DNA of 64,000 bases from Lytechinus pictus (lineage: Eukaryota): contig NC_087252.1 of the NCBI RefSeq assembly GCF_037042905.1, positions 20,462,001 to 20,526,000 on the forward strand, given 5' to 3'. The position numbers and the translations under genes were made by a program. This document shows, piece after piece, positions 1 through 11,328 of this stretch. How positions within the stretch are numbered: the first letter of the stretch is position 1; each line of letters opens with the position of its first letter. Under the pieces are notes generated by a model. It did not search any database. It saw only the letters and a program-made list of their open reading frames with translations, and had not been told where the DNA came from.

Positions 1-103
1 GGCCAAATATACGCGCAGCACTGAACCAGTAAGACAAGTAACCAATGTTGCAATTTCCAGATCCAGTTACCAGTTGAAATTCTACTGGTCAGACTGGTCC
101 AGT

Positions 104-286
104 TTAAACTGGCTCTTTGTGATTTGTTACTTTCTCCATTAGTTTGTGATGGAGGGCAAAGCACGTGCTCTTTCCGTAACCCGTTGGGAGAATCACGAGA
201 CTGTCATTTCCTCTCTGGGCCTCTTCCAGGGCCTGTTTTTGAGGCACCTTTAATTTTATTGCAAATTCTTCTTCAAGTTCCTCCAT
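104..286 (-). pseudogene. N-terminal fragment of a RecQ-like SF2 helicase (Q-motif plus Walker A/motif I)
   Basis: ORF reads LKVPQKQAL...DSLVILPTGYGKSTCF, matching RecQ-type motif 0/I (LPTGxGKS). It stops after KEPV, so it is a remnant or a first exon. Confidence 0.65.
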
Positions 287-632
287 ATTTGCAACGCGAA
301 CTACGTTTCTGATGTCAATGTCGACTCAATATTGACCTTGATTCTAACTTATTACATCTCTAATTAAAAAAAAAATGTATTTTGTAAACGCAGTCATGTT
401 TGTTCATAATATACAGATTGAGATAAATATAATTTTAATGAAATGAATTCTTCTTTAAATAATTTTTTTTTTTCTATGTTAAATGCAAGCAAGATTGATA
501 TCTATTACTGAAATACCTAAATCGCGATTTATTTGAAAAGCAAGTTCGTGATTCGACCGAAGTTTTCTTATCTCTTCTTGTAATGCATATTCATTAACCT
601 TAACAGTGACGACATCTTATAAATATTCATGT

Positions 633-675
633 TGCGCATGCGCATACATGTTTTTCATTCAATTCAACATGGCGA
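633..675. promoter_or_regulatory. Putative promoter: NRF1-type palindrome and YY1-like motif
   Basis: TGCGCATGCGCA at 633-644 and AACATGGCG near 667 in a CpG-richer stretch; candidate splice donor AG|GTAAGG at 770. Confidence 0.35.
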
Positions 676-3600
676 TTCGTACGAAATCCGAAAATTGATC
701 CTCTATTGTACGATTCCATCGAATTTTCGTAATTTTAAGGAGAACGTATCTTGAACTCAGTTTGTTTAGGTAAGGTCAGTCCTAACTGTCGTATTTTTGG
801 TTTCGTTTTATCATCCATGTTTTTGTAATTTAGCGATTAATTAGCGACAATCTAATGTGGGCTCAGTGTGATGAAAAAAAATCTTACCCGCGCCTGAACA
901 CTTACTTTCAGAAATTCAATATCTTAACGTTATGTTCTTCAAAATAAAACAACATGCTCGTGCTGAAGGGCTAAAGCTTAATTGTTCTATTAAAGAAATG
1001 AAATGTAAATCTAATTGAACTTTGTCATATACTGAAACCCGATACGAAAAATTATCAAAAGAAATTGTGAAAGCGTAACTTTGGAAAATATACCCCACTG
1101 GACTAGACACACCGATACAAGGACACAACGATATTCAGATCAGTGACTAGAGATCGGGCGTTTAATAGTTTGCCTAAAACGCCGATATCGTGGACATAGA
1201 GGGCGCTCATGCAAAAACATCTTATCGGAGAGCCAACCGGGAGTGTCAAAAGAAAAGATAAAAGCGCACGCTTCCGTTTTCGCTGCAAAAGGGCACGCTG
1301 GCGTCTTGAATGGCAAGAGCACTGACCCGTAGGTAAGGAAAATGGACAATGGCACGTTCAACGGGTTCGCCGTAGAATATAAAGGAAAAGACGCACGCAC
1401 ACCTTTGACAAGACGCCTAAAAGATTACATAATTATTAATTTTACAAAGAAAACCGTTATGGTTTCCTTGTTTCTTTTCATAAACTATTAACATTTGATA
1501 TCCGGGGGTACCCATCTCAACGTCCACAAGTGATTTTTAGTCATGAAATTAATTTTCTCTGCAATTGAATGCTCCAGTCCTTATGGTCTAAGTATATATG
1601 ATAAATAATTCACATGTGCTATTATTTTGAAAACTTTTATTTCCCAATTTATCACAATATTTGCAATTTTTTCTTTTTTCTTTTTGAAAATTATGCTTTT
1701 TGCTACTAAGATTACGTCTCGTCTGCTCTTTTTACTGATAGTATTGATATCAAGGTATTCTAGTTGGGAAGCCTTTCGTGAAGCAGGTTAATTAGAACTG
1801 TCTCCTTGGTTGGTGGATATAAATATGACTAACTTGTCCATGTGTTGAGGAATGGGGCCCCAGGTTGGTAATAAACACTCATCCAATGAACAAGGTTATG
1901 ATAACCTTTCTCACTGTTACATCTCCATGTGTGGCAAAATAAAAGGTGGCACTTTTGGTTTATTTTCTCTTTTTCTATGGGACAAATACCTGATTTTCTT
2001 ACACTTAGTTTCCAATACAGCTATTCATCATATATTTTGGCTTTTATGTAAATCTGATTCTTTAAATCATTTTTTCTTAATTTCTTGCCATATTACCTTC
2101 AACCAATAGAGGGCATACACAAAAATATGCCCAAAATTCAAATTTTTGAGTGCTCTGGTGAAGACAAAAATTATTCCCAAGTTACTAATTAAAAATACAT
2201 TGTAACTGTATGGATATTAGTTATTTTGGTTACAAAAGTGATATTTTAATGAATTTTTTTAAAGTGTGTGCTATGTACAGCATTGGTATACCATAGTCCT
2301 ACCTGTAGATTCCCCACAGGCAGGATGGTTGCAGTGAACAAGTGATAATAAATAGGGTTGCTCAGAAAAATTGGTGTGGATTGATCATCATCTGTATACA
2401 AGACTATATAATCTGGGTGGTCAGTGAGAGTGTGAGACACTCCTCGACTCTGCATATGAAGTCTTGGTGGAGGTGACCAAGAGAGGAGCAAGATCCTATA
2501 AAGTGTTCTACTGCTCAACATACGAGTCACACAGGGGGCAAATACGGGTGGAGGACTTTCGTAATGTGTAGAGGCGTTATTGAGTTAGATAGTGGATGAC
2601 ATGTAGGCAAGAGAGATTGCCATTGTTTTGACCCGTGGATAGAGAAAAGCTGTCAGAGTGAGAGTAGAGTGTTCAGACTTTCAAGCACCATTGTACAAAA
2701 TCCACAGATATTTAGGTCCTATCATTTATTTTAGTACCCTAGACTAACTCAATATAAGATCTAGGTCTATAGGCCCACTCTAGCTCTCGGGAGCATTACC
2801 ATTGCTTCATGTATATAGAAAAAAATCTGGCAGAGTATTCACCCTTTTTCAAGACTGTTTTAGAAAATCCACAGATATTTAATCAAAATTATCACTGTCT
2901 TTAGATAGATAATTTGTAATATTTAAACTGCAGTCGAAAAACTATTTTCACTCAAAATGGTTCAGATTCAGAACCCAAAAAAGAGAAAAAATAAAGTCAC
3001 TTTTTTTGGGGGGGCGACAAAATATTTGACCAGCAATAAAAGAAAAAAATGGTTATCAACCTTAAATTTTAGGGGTACGCAAGAAATAAAATTGACAACC
3101 CCAGAAAACAAAATTATCAACAAACAACTTAGGGGGGGGACGTGTCCTCAACCCCCCCCCCCCTCTCCGTCTATGTGAATTCAACAACCTTATACAAAGG
3201 TCAATACTGTTTATGTTTTGACTGCATTGGTAAGTGTTTAGGCCTAGATATAAAATAGACAAGTCAATATAATTGCTAGACGTAACTTAATTCACTCAAA
3301 TAGTTCATAACTAAAATAAGAGAAAGAAATGAAATCACTAGAGGCCTAGTTCTAGACAGCTCATCACCCCCGACTTGCCTTGTTGCCGTCACTGTGTTAC
3401 CGCATTTATCTGCATTTGTACTAGGCGGCCCTAATCTGGCAAAAGGGTCTATCTGCACATTCGCCCTCGAAAAACTTTCTGAGAAAATCAGCTTTGAAGT
3501 TTGAGCATTTAATTTACTTGTAGAATACTTGAGAGTTAATTTTAGCTGGTGGACTCTATTCTATCACTTAGTTTATCTTTGAAAAATTATTTTTAGTCCC

Positions 3601-3959
3601 TTTTTATTATTTTAATCCCTTTACTTTTCTTGTAAGATCCAATTTAATGCAGATAGACCCTTTGGCCAACTTAATCTCGGGAGCAAAGACAGTGATATTT
3701 ATCTGGCAAAAGGGTCTATCTGCACATAGACCCTATAAAAATTGGCTGTAATCTGGCAAAAGGGTCTATCTGCACATAGACCTTTTTGCCAGATTAAATG
3801 ATGGCAGATAATATGTTTATTTTATCAGGCAAACGGGGTCTATCTGCAGATACACCCTGTTACAGAGGGAAATTGTGTTAATTTAACCAGGCAGAAAGGT
3901 ATATCTGCACGGTTGGTAAACTATTATAATATTGGACAGGCTGCGCAGGACTCTCAACT

Positions 3960-4600
3960 TCATGGTCTACAACCACTTGGTTTACTATCCATTTTGTCCA
4001 AAACCATTTGGTCTACTGACCGTTTGGTCTTTAACCATTTGGTCTACTAGGCATTTGTTACAAAACCATTTGGTCTACTAAGCGTTTGGTCCACAACTAT
4101 AGGCGTTGTTACAAAACCATTTGGTCTAAAAGGCGCTTGGTCCACAACCATTTGGTCTACTAGGTGTTTGGTCCATAAGCATTTGGTCTACTAGACGTTG
4201 TTACAAAACCACTGGTCTACTAGGCGTTTAGTCCACGACCATTCGGTCTACTAGGCATTGATACAAAAAAACTATTTGGTCTACTATGCGTTTGGTCCAC
4301 AAGCATTTGGTCTTCTAGGTGTCTGGTCTACAACCATTTGGTCTAAGTAGTCATTTCATTTGGTCCACAACCATTTGGTCTACGAGGAATGTTACAAAAA
4401 CCATTTGGTCTACTAGGCATTTGGTCCGTAACTAATTGGTCTAAGTAGGCATTTGGTCTACCAGAATGTAACAAAAAACATTTGATCTACTAGGCGTTTG
4501 GTCCGTAACTAATTGGTCTAAGTAGGCATTTGGTCCACAGCCAGCCATTTGGTCTACCAGGAATGTTACAAAAACCATTTGATTTACTAGGCGTTTATAA
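3960..4600. repeat. Degenerate minisatellite (CCATTTGGTCTACTAGGCGTTTGGTCCACAA-like units)
   Basis: Many tandem imperfect TTTGGTCTAC/TTTGGTCCAC units; a related motif array lies at about 21785-22200. Confidence 0.8.
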
Positions 4601-5132
4601 CTAATTGACTTTGTTCTGAAAGCAATTGGTTGGATGCACAGGGTGTCTTAGCGATTGGAAAATGTAAAACCTAACCCCCCAACAAAAAATACATAAATAA
4701 ATAAATAAATAAAATAATTATAATAATGATGACACTATCCAAGATTTTACACTTAATTGGCTAGGATATTGTAGATTATACAAAATTAATCAATTATGAA
4801 GTTGGGCATAACAATATTTTTTATATAATTTAATCCATCTTATAAGATCTTCATTAATTATAACCAATTGTATTTTGATTTCTCTTTCTCATGCCACAGA
4901 CTGACGAAGAGTTTTACTTTGCCTTTCATTCTTTAAGAGCTATCTGTTTTCTTCTAAAATCTATGATTTCATTTTTTATATGGCAGTCTAACATCTACCA
5001 ATTGTGTTTTTTCATTTCTTCTATTTTTTGCCTTTTTCTCCTCTCTCCCTTGCTCTCCTGTTCTTTTTCTCTACTCTTCTTCTTTCGTGCTATCCTTCTT
5101 TTCTTAAATCTGTATTCACCTTTTGCAATGTT

Positions 5133-7561
5133 CTGCGGCATTGCACTTTGACATATAGAAGTAATGTGGGGAGCTTATTTCAAATATTGCTGGCCCTCAG
5201 CGATCTGATCCCCTGAGTCAGGGTTATACGGGCGTAATTACAACTGGCAGACCAAAGATATTCATTCGAGCAAACCCATTTTAAATCTTTAATTTTGATA
5301 TTGCTGATTGACAAAAATGAATGAATATGATTAATAATCTTACACTGATTCTAGGGAGGGTAACTTTACTGAACTTTTTTTTTTCAAATTGGGATGATAT
5401 ATCACCACTTTGGAACTATTTTTATACTGGCGGAAGAAGTATTGCCATTTTACTGTCTCAAGTCATGAATTTGATCCTGTCAGGTGTAGTCTTCATAAAT
5501 GCCGATTTATTTTTAAAATGAGCTACTCGAGGTACCCTTTTCTGGTCAGATATGGAATGTCAGACATGTATCCTATCCACTGGTAGTAAACATTCAATTC
5601 TCGAATTTCATCCTTTTTTTGAGCGCCTCTTTAACACACGAGTCTATGGGAAATGTTTTAGGCCCGTGATACCTCAGCTGCAAACTGGCAGCCATCTTGA
5701 AATCCAAGATGGCTGCCATGAAAACAAAATAATTTAAAAAAAATCAGGTATTATAATTATAACGTAGATATTATTTTGAAATTTGACACTTGGGGTATTG
5801 AAATTTTCCCCAGTAGTCTGTCCAATAGATAGGCTGCAAAATGGCCACCATCTTGAAATCTAGAGAGGATCGACTGTCATGAAAATCCAAATTATTTTCT
5901 TGAGTTTTAAATAATTTGAGGCACTGCATTTTAGACATAGATGTACAGGCAGGTTTTGGCCTGCTGGTTTTAGAATATTGCTGCCCCATTGATTGATCCA
6001 CCAGGTCAGCTGAAAATGGCCGCCACTTTGAAATCTAGGATGGCTATTATGAAATATCTTTCCTGAGCTATACATTACATGTGACACTGTAAATTGGTAT
6101 TATGTACATGTATGTATTTTGTTTTCATGGCAGCCATCTTAAGAAAAGGGTACCTCGAGCAGCTCATTTTAAAAATAAATCAGCATTTATGAAGACTACA
6201 CCTGACAGGATCAAATTCATGGCTTGAGACAGTAAAATGGCAATACTTCTTCCGCCAGTATAAAAATAGTTCCAAAGTGGTGATATTCTTCCCAATTTGA
6301 AAAAAGCAAGTTCAGTAAAGTTACCCTCCCTAGAATCAGTGTAAGATTATCAATCATATTCATTTTTTAAAATCAGCAATATCAAAATTAAAAATTTAGG
6401 GTGGCTTTGCTCGAATGAATATCTTTGGCCTGCCAGTTGTAATTACGCCCGTATAACCCTGACTCAGGGGATCAGATCGCTGAGGGCCGGCAATATTTGA
6501 AATAAGCTCCCCACACTACTTCTATATGTCAAAGTACAATGCCGCAGATCATATAAAACTCAACGAAATAATTGCAAAATTTCTATGGCAGCCAGCTTGG
6601 ATTTCAAGATGACGGCCATTTTTCCGCCGACCAATTGTCAGATTCCTTGGAGCCAGCAATTTTTTTTATTAACGCACCCATATACCCATATACTACAAAT
6701 TTTAGTGGCACATATGTAAAATTCAAGAAAATGAGTTCAATGATTTTTCATGGCGGTCATCTTTGATTTCAAATGGCGGCTGACCCGATGGTCAAATCGC
6801 TTGAGGCCGGCAATATTTGAAATCAGCGCCCAAAATTAAGCCTATATGCCAAATTTCAATACCGCAGTTCATATAAAACTCGAGAAAATGATTGCAACGA
6901 TATTTCATGGCGGCCATCTTGGATTTCAAGATGGCGGCCATTTTGCTGCCAACCAAATGGTCAAATTGCTGGGGGCAGGCAATATTTGAAATCAGTGCTT
7001 TAAAATACCCCTATATGCCAAATTTCAGTGTCACATGTCATGTAAAACTCAAGAAAATTACATTTAATGATTTCTCATGGCGGCCATCTTGGATTTCAAA
7101 ATGGCAGCCGACCTGATGGTCAAATCACTTGGGGCCGACAATATTCGAAATTAGCACCCCAAATTAAGCCTATATGCCAAATATCAATACCGCAGTTCAT
7201 ATAAAAGTCGAGAAAATGATTGCAATAATATATCATGGCGGCCATCTTGGATTTCAAAATGGCGGTCATTTTGCCGACGTCCGAATGGTCAAATTGCTGG
7301 GGGCCGGCAATATTTGAAATCAGTGCCTCAAAATACCCCTATATGCCAAATTTCAGTGTCACATGCCATGTAAAACTCAAGAAAATGACATTTAATGATT
7401 TTTCATGGCGGCCATCTTGCATTTCAAAATGGCAGCCAACCCGATGGTAAAATCGCTTGGGGCCGGCAATTTTTGAAATCAGCGCCCCAAAATACCCCTG
7501 TATGCCAAATTTTACACTTTCTGCCAGATTCGAGCATCTTTTTCACATATCTACTGGACTA
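5133..7561. mobile_element. Partial non-autonomous Academ-like element (right end only), with an internal inverted repeat and a tandem array
   Basis: Ends in CTACTGGACTA (7551-7561; TAGTCCAG on the - strand, like the terminus at 34656). ~165/330-bp tandem units rich in AAAATGGCGGCC at 6560-7500. ~410-bp inverted arms at 5133-5543 and 6142-6548. No left terminus found. Confidence 0.55.
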
Positions 7562-9494
7562 GATAGACCCTTTTGCCTGATTAAATAAATACGTCTTCTC
7601 CACCATGTAATCTGGCAAAAGGGTCTATGTGCAGATAAACCCCTTTGCCAGATTACTACCACTTTTTATAGGGTCTATGTGCAGATAGACCCTTCTGCCA
7701 GATTAGATACCAGTAAAATGATGGAGTTTGATATTGGTGTCCTCTGGTATCTCGAAAACGAAAGCTCGAGCACCACTGAGAGTTGGCCAGATGAAAATTT
7801 TGGCCTCATAAACCCTAGATATGAAAAAAAAAAAATTTCCTAAATTTTGCAGATAGACCCTTTTGCCAGATTAGGGCCGTAGGAGTGAGTTAGTGTGACA
7901 TTGGCGTAGTTAACTTATACTGGATAAATAAGATTTGTGGTTTTGAAATGGAGTGTGTGACATTACGATGAGTATACCTACAGACTACTTCCAGATTATA
8001 GATCAAGGATTATTTTGACTTAGTCCTTGATGAATATAGGGAACTTGGTATTTTTGTTACAAAAATTATTTTTTATTAAATGAATTGAATTGAATTGAAT
8101 TGAATTAAATTTGAAAGACTTTTCCTAATGTGTGTGGACCTTCCACAGATACTAGGGTGATTGGCCAGGAGCAAGTGAATAATTAAATCTACTATGACTA
8201 GAGGTCAATGCAAATATTAGTGTTCATTCCAAATATCACATGAGCGTGCAAACTCCTTCAACTTGCATTGAATGTAATATTTGAACGGTCGCACAAATGA
8301 AAAAGAAATTGAATAATTGTTTTTCATACAGCACACGATTTGTAGACGTAGTCTAAATCAACTAAATAACCAAAATAGATCAAACGTATTATGCCTATTG
8401 TTTATTTAGGGCCACCCTATTCAGGATGAGCCCATAGAAACTTGACTGTCGATTTACATCTTATATGGTTTTTTTTTGTTAACATAAATATAGATCTTAA
8501 TTGATTTTAAAAATAATGACTTTTGAACCTAGTTCCTAATTTAGATTGCAGCAACTAGCAGTATATACCATGGACTAGTTCTAGATCTATGAATTCGGAT
8601 TACTTATTACTGAAATACTGTTTCACTTACAACAAAATTATATGGGGTAATTAACAGAAAATCAGCTTTAGTAAGCTACCTGTGTGATGCATGTTTTACT
8701 AAGCCCTCTTTTTTCAAGATCAAGGACCCTGACTAAATAGATATGAATTCTCTGACATGGTCTGTCTGTCCTAAGACTTTGAACCTTTTAATCGATGGGC
8801 AGTGTGGCCAGTGCCAATTTAGAGTCCTACATTGCATGAAGTCTAAGCTTAAAAATCAAAAGGTAACCATGTTTATCACTTATTATAAAAAACCTCATCT
8901 CTTGATATTAGGGGTAAAAACATTCTGCTGTGCACCATATTACTTTGATAGGTTCTTGTAGCGTTATAAAGAAGAATTTCAGTGTTATGGGAATTTTTTG
9001 GTTTATAATTTTCAAATTTTCCGCATATGTTTTTTTTTATTCATCAACAGATTATCTGGTTGATATTCATGCATGCCCTTCAACTTGTGTTGTGTATCAA
9101 CCCTCTTGACAATATGGCGCAGAACCATGATGGCAACCGGGCTGATTGTATCCTTGTTAAATGAAATCTTAATAGAATTATCTTATAGTTAATGACAGGT
9201 TATAAATTGCTAAGCTCCTGTTGGGACACTGATGTTTTTATTTATATATCCGTGTATTCTATTTTCTTTACCAAACTTTGCACTCGCACAAAGATGTTTT
9301 AAGTGATTGCCCCAAAAAATGTTACAAAAAGTGGCCCATATGAATTTTGTATCCATTTTATCTCACATTTAATGTGAGGGCCTAAATAAGAACTACACTC
9401 TTCAGAGAACATTTTTTCTTTGATATTTTCTAAAATTGCATAATAACAATGAAAACAGTCATTTTCACCCCCTGCAGAGCCCAATGTAATACTA

Positions 9495-10584
9495 CAGTGC
9501 ATATAAAAAAAAACGGGACAGTTCAGAAAAGTCTATGAAAAATTTGTGTCAAAATATTATATCTACGTTAATAGATGCTCTGAGATTTTATCTTTGAAAT
9601 GCCATTTAAAAAAATAAATTTTGTTCATGCTTGAGCGAACACGGACGTTTATTTGTTTACCCGAGTTATTTTGTTTTTCATTTAAACTTCTTTTACCTTT
9701 GAATTTTCCTTCATAAGTAAGAAAAGGAGACCATTCGTCAACCCAAGTAAGAACATGAAGAAGATTTGCATTATTAATTTAGAGTATTTGTACTTATTCA
9801 AATTCTTTTATTATGTGAAACAAATTATGTTATGATACCTATAAAAGACATGAATCCTATTTTCAAAGGGTTATTGAATCCTTCACCAAATGTAATTATG
9901 TGCTTGACAATGGCATGGAGTATTGAGTCAATTCTAAAGGAGCAAGATATGGCAGATCTGGTAAAATGAATCAAAAAGTTTTGAAGTGAGCAAGCAAAAA
10001 TTTCCGTTTTTTATTTCCCCTTCCACTTTTTTTCTTGGTCAAGATTTTTTTCTTTGGGGGGGGGGGCACCCCGAGCCCCCACCCATCAGTATGCCACTGT
10101 TCAAAGGCACCATAACCTTGTAATACACAATGAACGCATTTTTTTAAATAACACCCTCCCATACTTCGGTTTTAAGAAAAATTGTTCTTGCCTAAAGAAG
10201 GAATATTCAAAGTGAAAAGAGAACATATTAAAAAGGAACAACAACAGAAATTCAAGCAAATAAGTATACTTGGAAATATATTTTGACCGCACAATTCGAA
10301 AATTATGGCAAAGATAATGAAAAGGTTAAGAGGAAGTCTGCTAATTGGCAAGAAGTCCAACCATCATATTTATCATTTTATGCCTTTTTGGCGCAAGCCT
10401 CCTTTTCAGCCTCAGACAAAAACATTCCGTGTTTGCTCAAGCATGAACGAAACTAAATTACTTTAATGGCATTTGAAGGATAAGACTTCAGAGCACCCAT
10501 TGACACCAAAATATAGAGATAATAATTTGATACAACAATTTTATAGACTTTTCAAATCTGTCCCGTTTTTTTTTATACGCACTG
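9495..10584. mobile_element. Tc1/mariner-type MITE
   Basis: TA|CAGTGCATATAAAAAAAAACGGGACAG ... CTGTCCCGTTTTTTTTTATACGCACTG|TA; TA TSD. Confidence 0.85.
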
Positions 10585-10690
10585 TATAGTTGGATCTGAG
10601 TACATCAGTAACTAGTATTTCAAAGCCAACATCTTGAGATAATAGATGTAAAAATAATTATTCATTGAATGTTAGGATGCTTTTATATAT

Positions 10691-11328
10691 TGTTGTGTTG
10701 TCGTTGGATCGATTGCGCTTTTACTTTCAACCAGACTCAAATGAGACGAAGCAATACAACGCCTGTACAGTTCATATATATACATTTATTGAAGATTATA
10801 AATAAGTTGATGATGATGATAACAATTAATACAGGAACATGAGTAAGTCTGATGGTGACTATACTCTAAAGATGAACATAATATAAATTCTGCAGTATAA
10901 AATATAAACTCTTCTGTAGCTGTCTGTATGCTGGAACAATCTCTAAAAATAATCTGTAAACCAATCTGTATTCTGATTTGGGTTCAGAAGTGAACCCCTT
11001 TTATATTGGTCTGGTCTAGACTCTTTACAACCAAACGGGTGTTGGTCAACCTTGGACGCTTGACCAAAACAATATGTGCGTCATAACTTTTACTCTGAAT
11101 TGGGGGAGTTGACCTTATAGGGAGAACATGAAATGTGAATAACAAACCCATAAAATGTGTGTGGTCAGAAGTTTAGCTGGAAGATGAATGAATAATACTT
11201 TCTTAAGAAAGTTGGAATTGGTAGACATATAGTTTCCTGTTATACTTCCTGTAGAAACATTGATTAATTATTGATTATGTATTGATATATTATTGAATAT
11301 GTGAGATATGTCTTATCATCACATAACA
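10691..11328 (-). mobile_element. Solo LTR (Gypsy-like), 638 bp
   Basis: TGTTGTG...CATAACA termini with an ATAT 4-bp TSD (10687-10690, 11329-11332). TATA-like AATATAAAAG (~11000) and AATAAA (~10785) on the - strand, in LTR order. Confidence 0.7.

Larger units (their letters stand above)
3426..7879. mobile_element. Non-autonomous TIR DNA element with 4-bp TSD (TAGG), containing nested insertions
   Basis: Left end CGGCCCTAATCTGGCAAAAGGGTCTATCTGCA, right end TGCAGATAGACCCTTTTGCCAGATTAGGGCCG. TAGG at 3422-3425 and 7880-7883. The TIR motif is repeated subterminally (3650-3910, 7560-7710). Confidence 0.8.
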
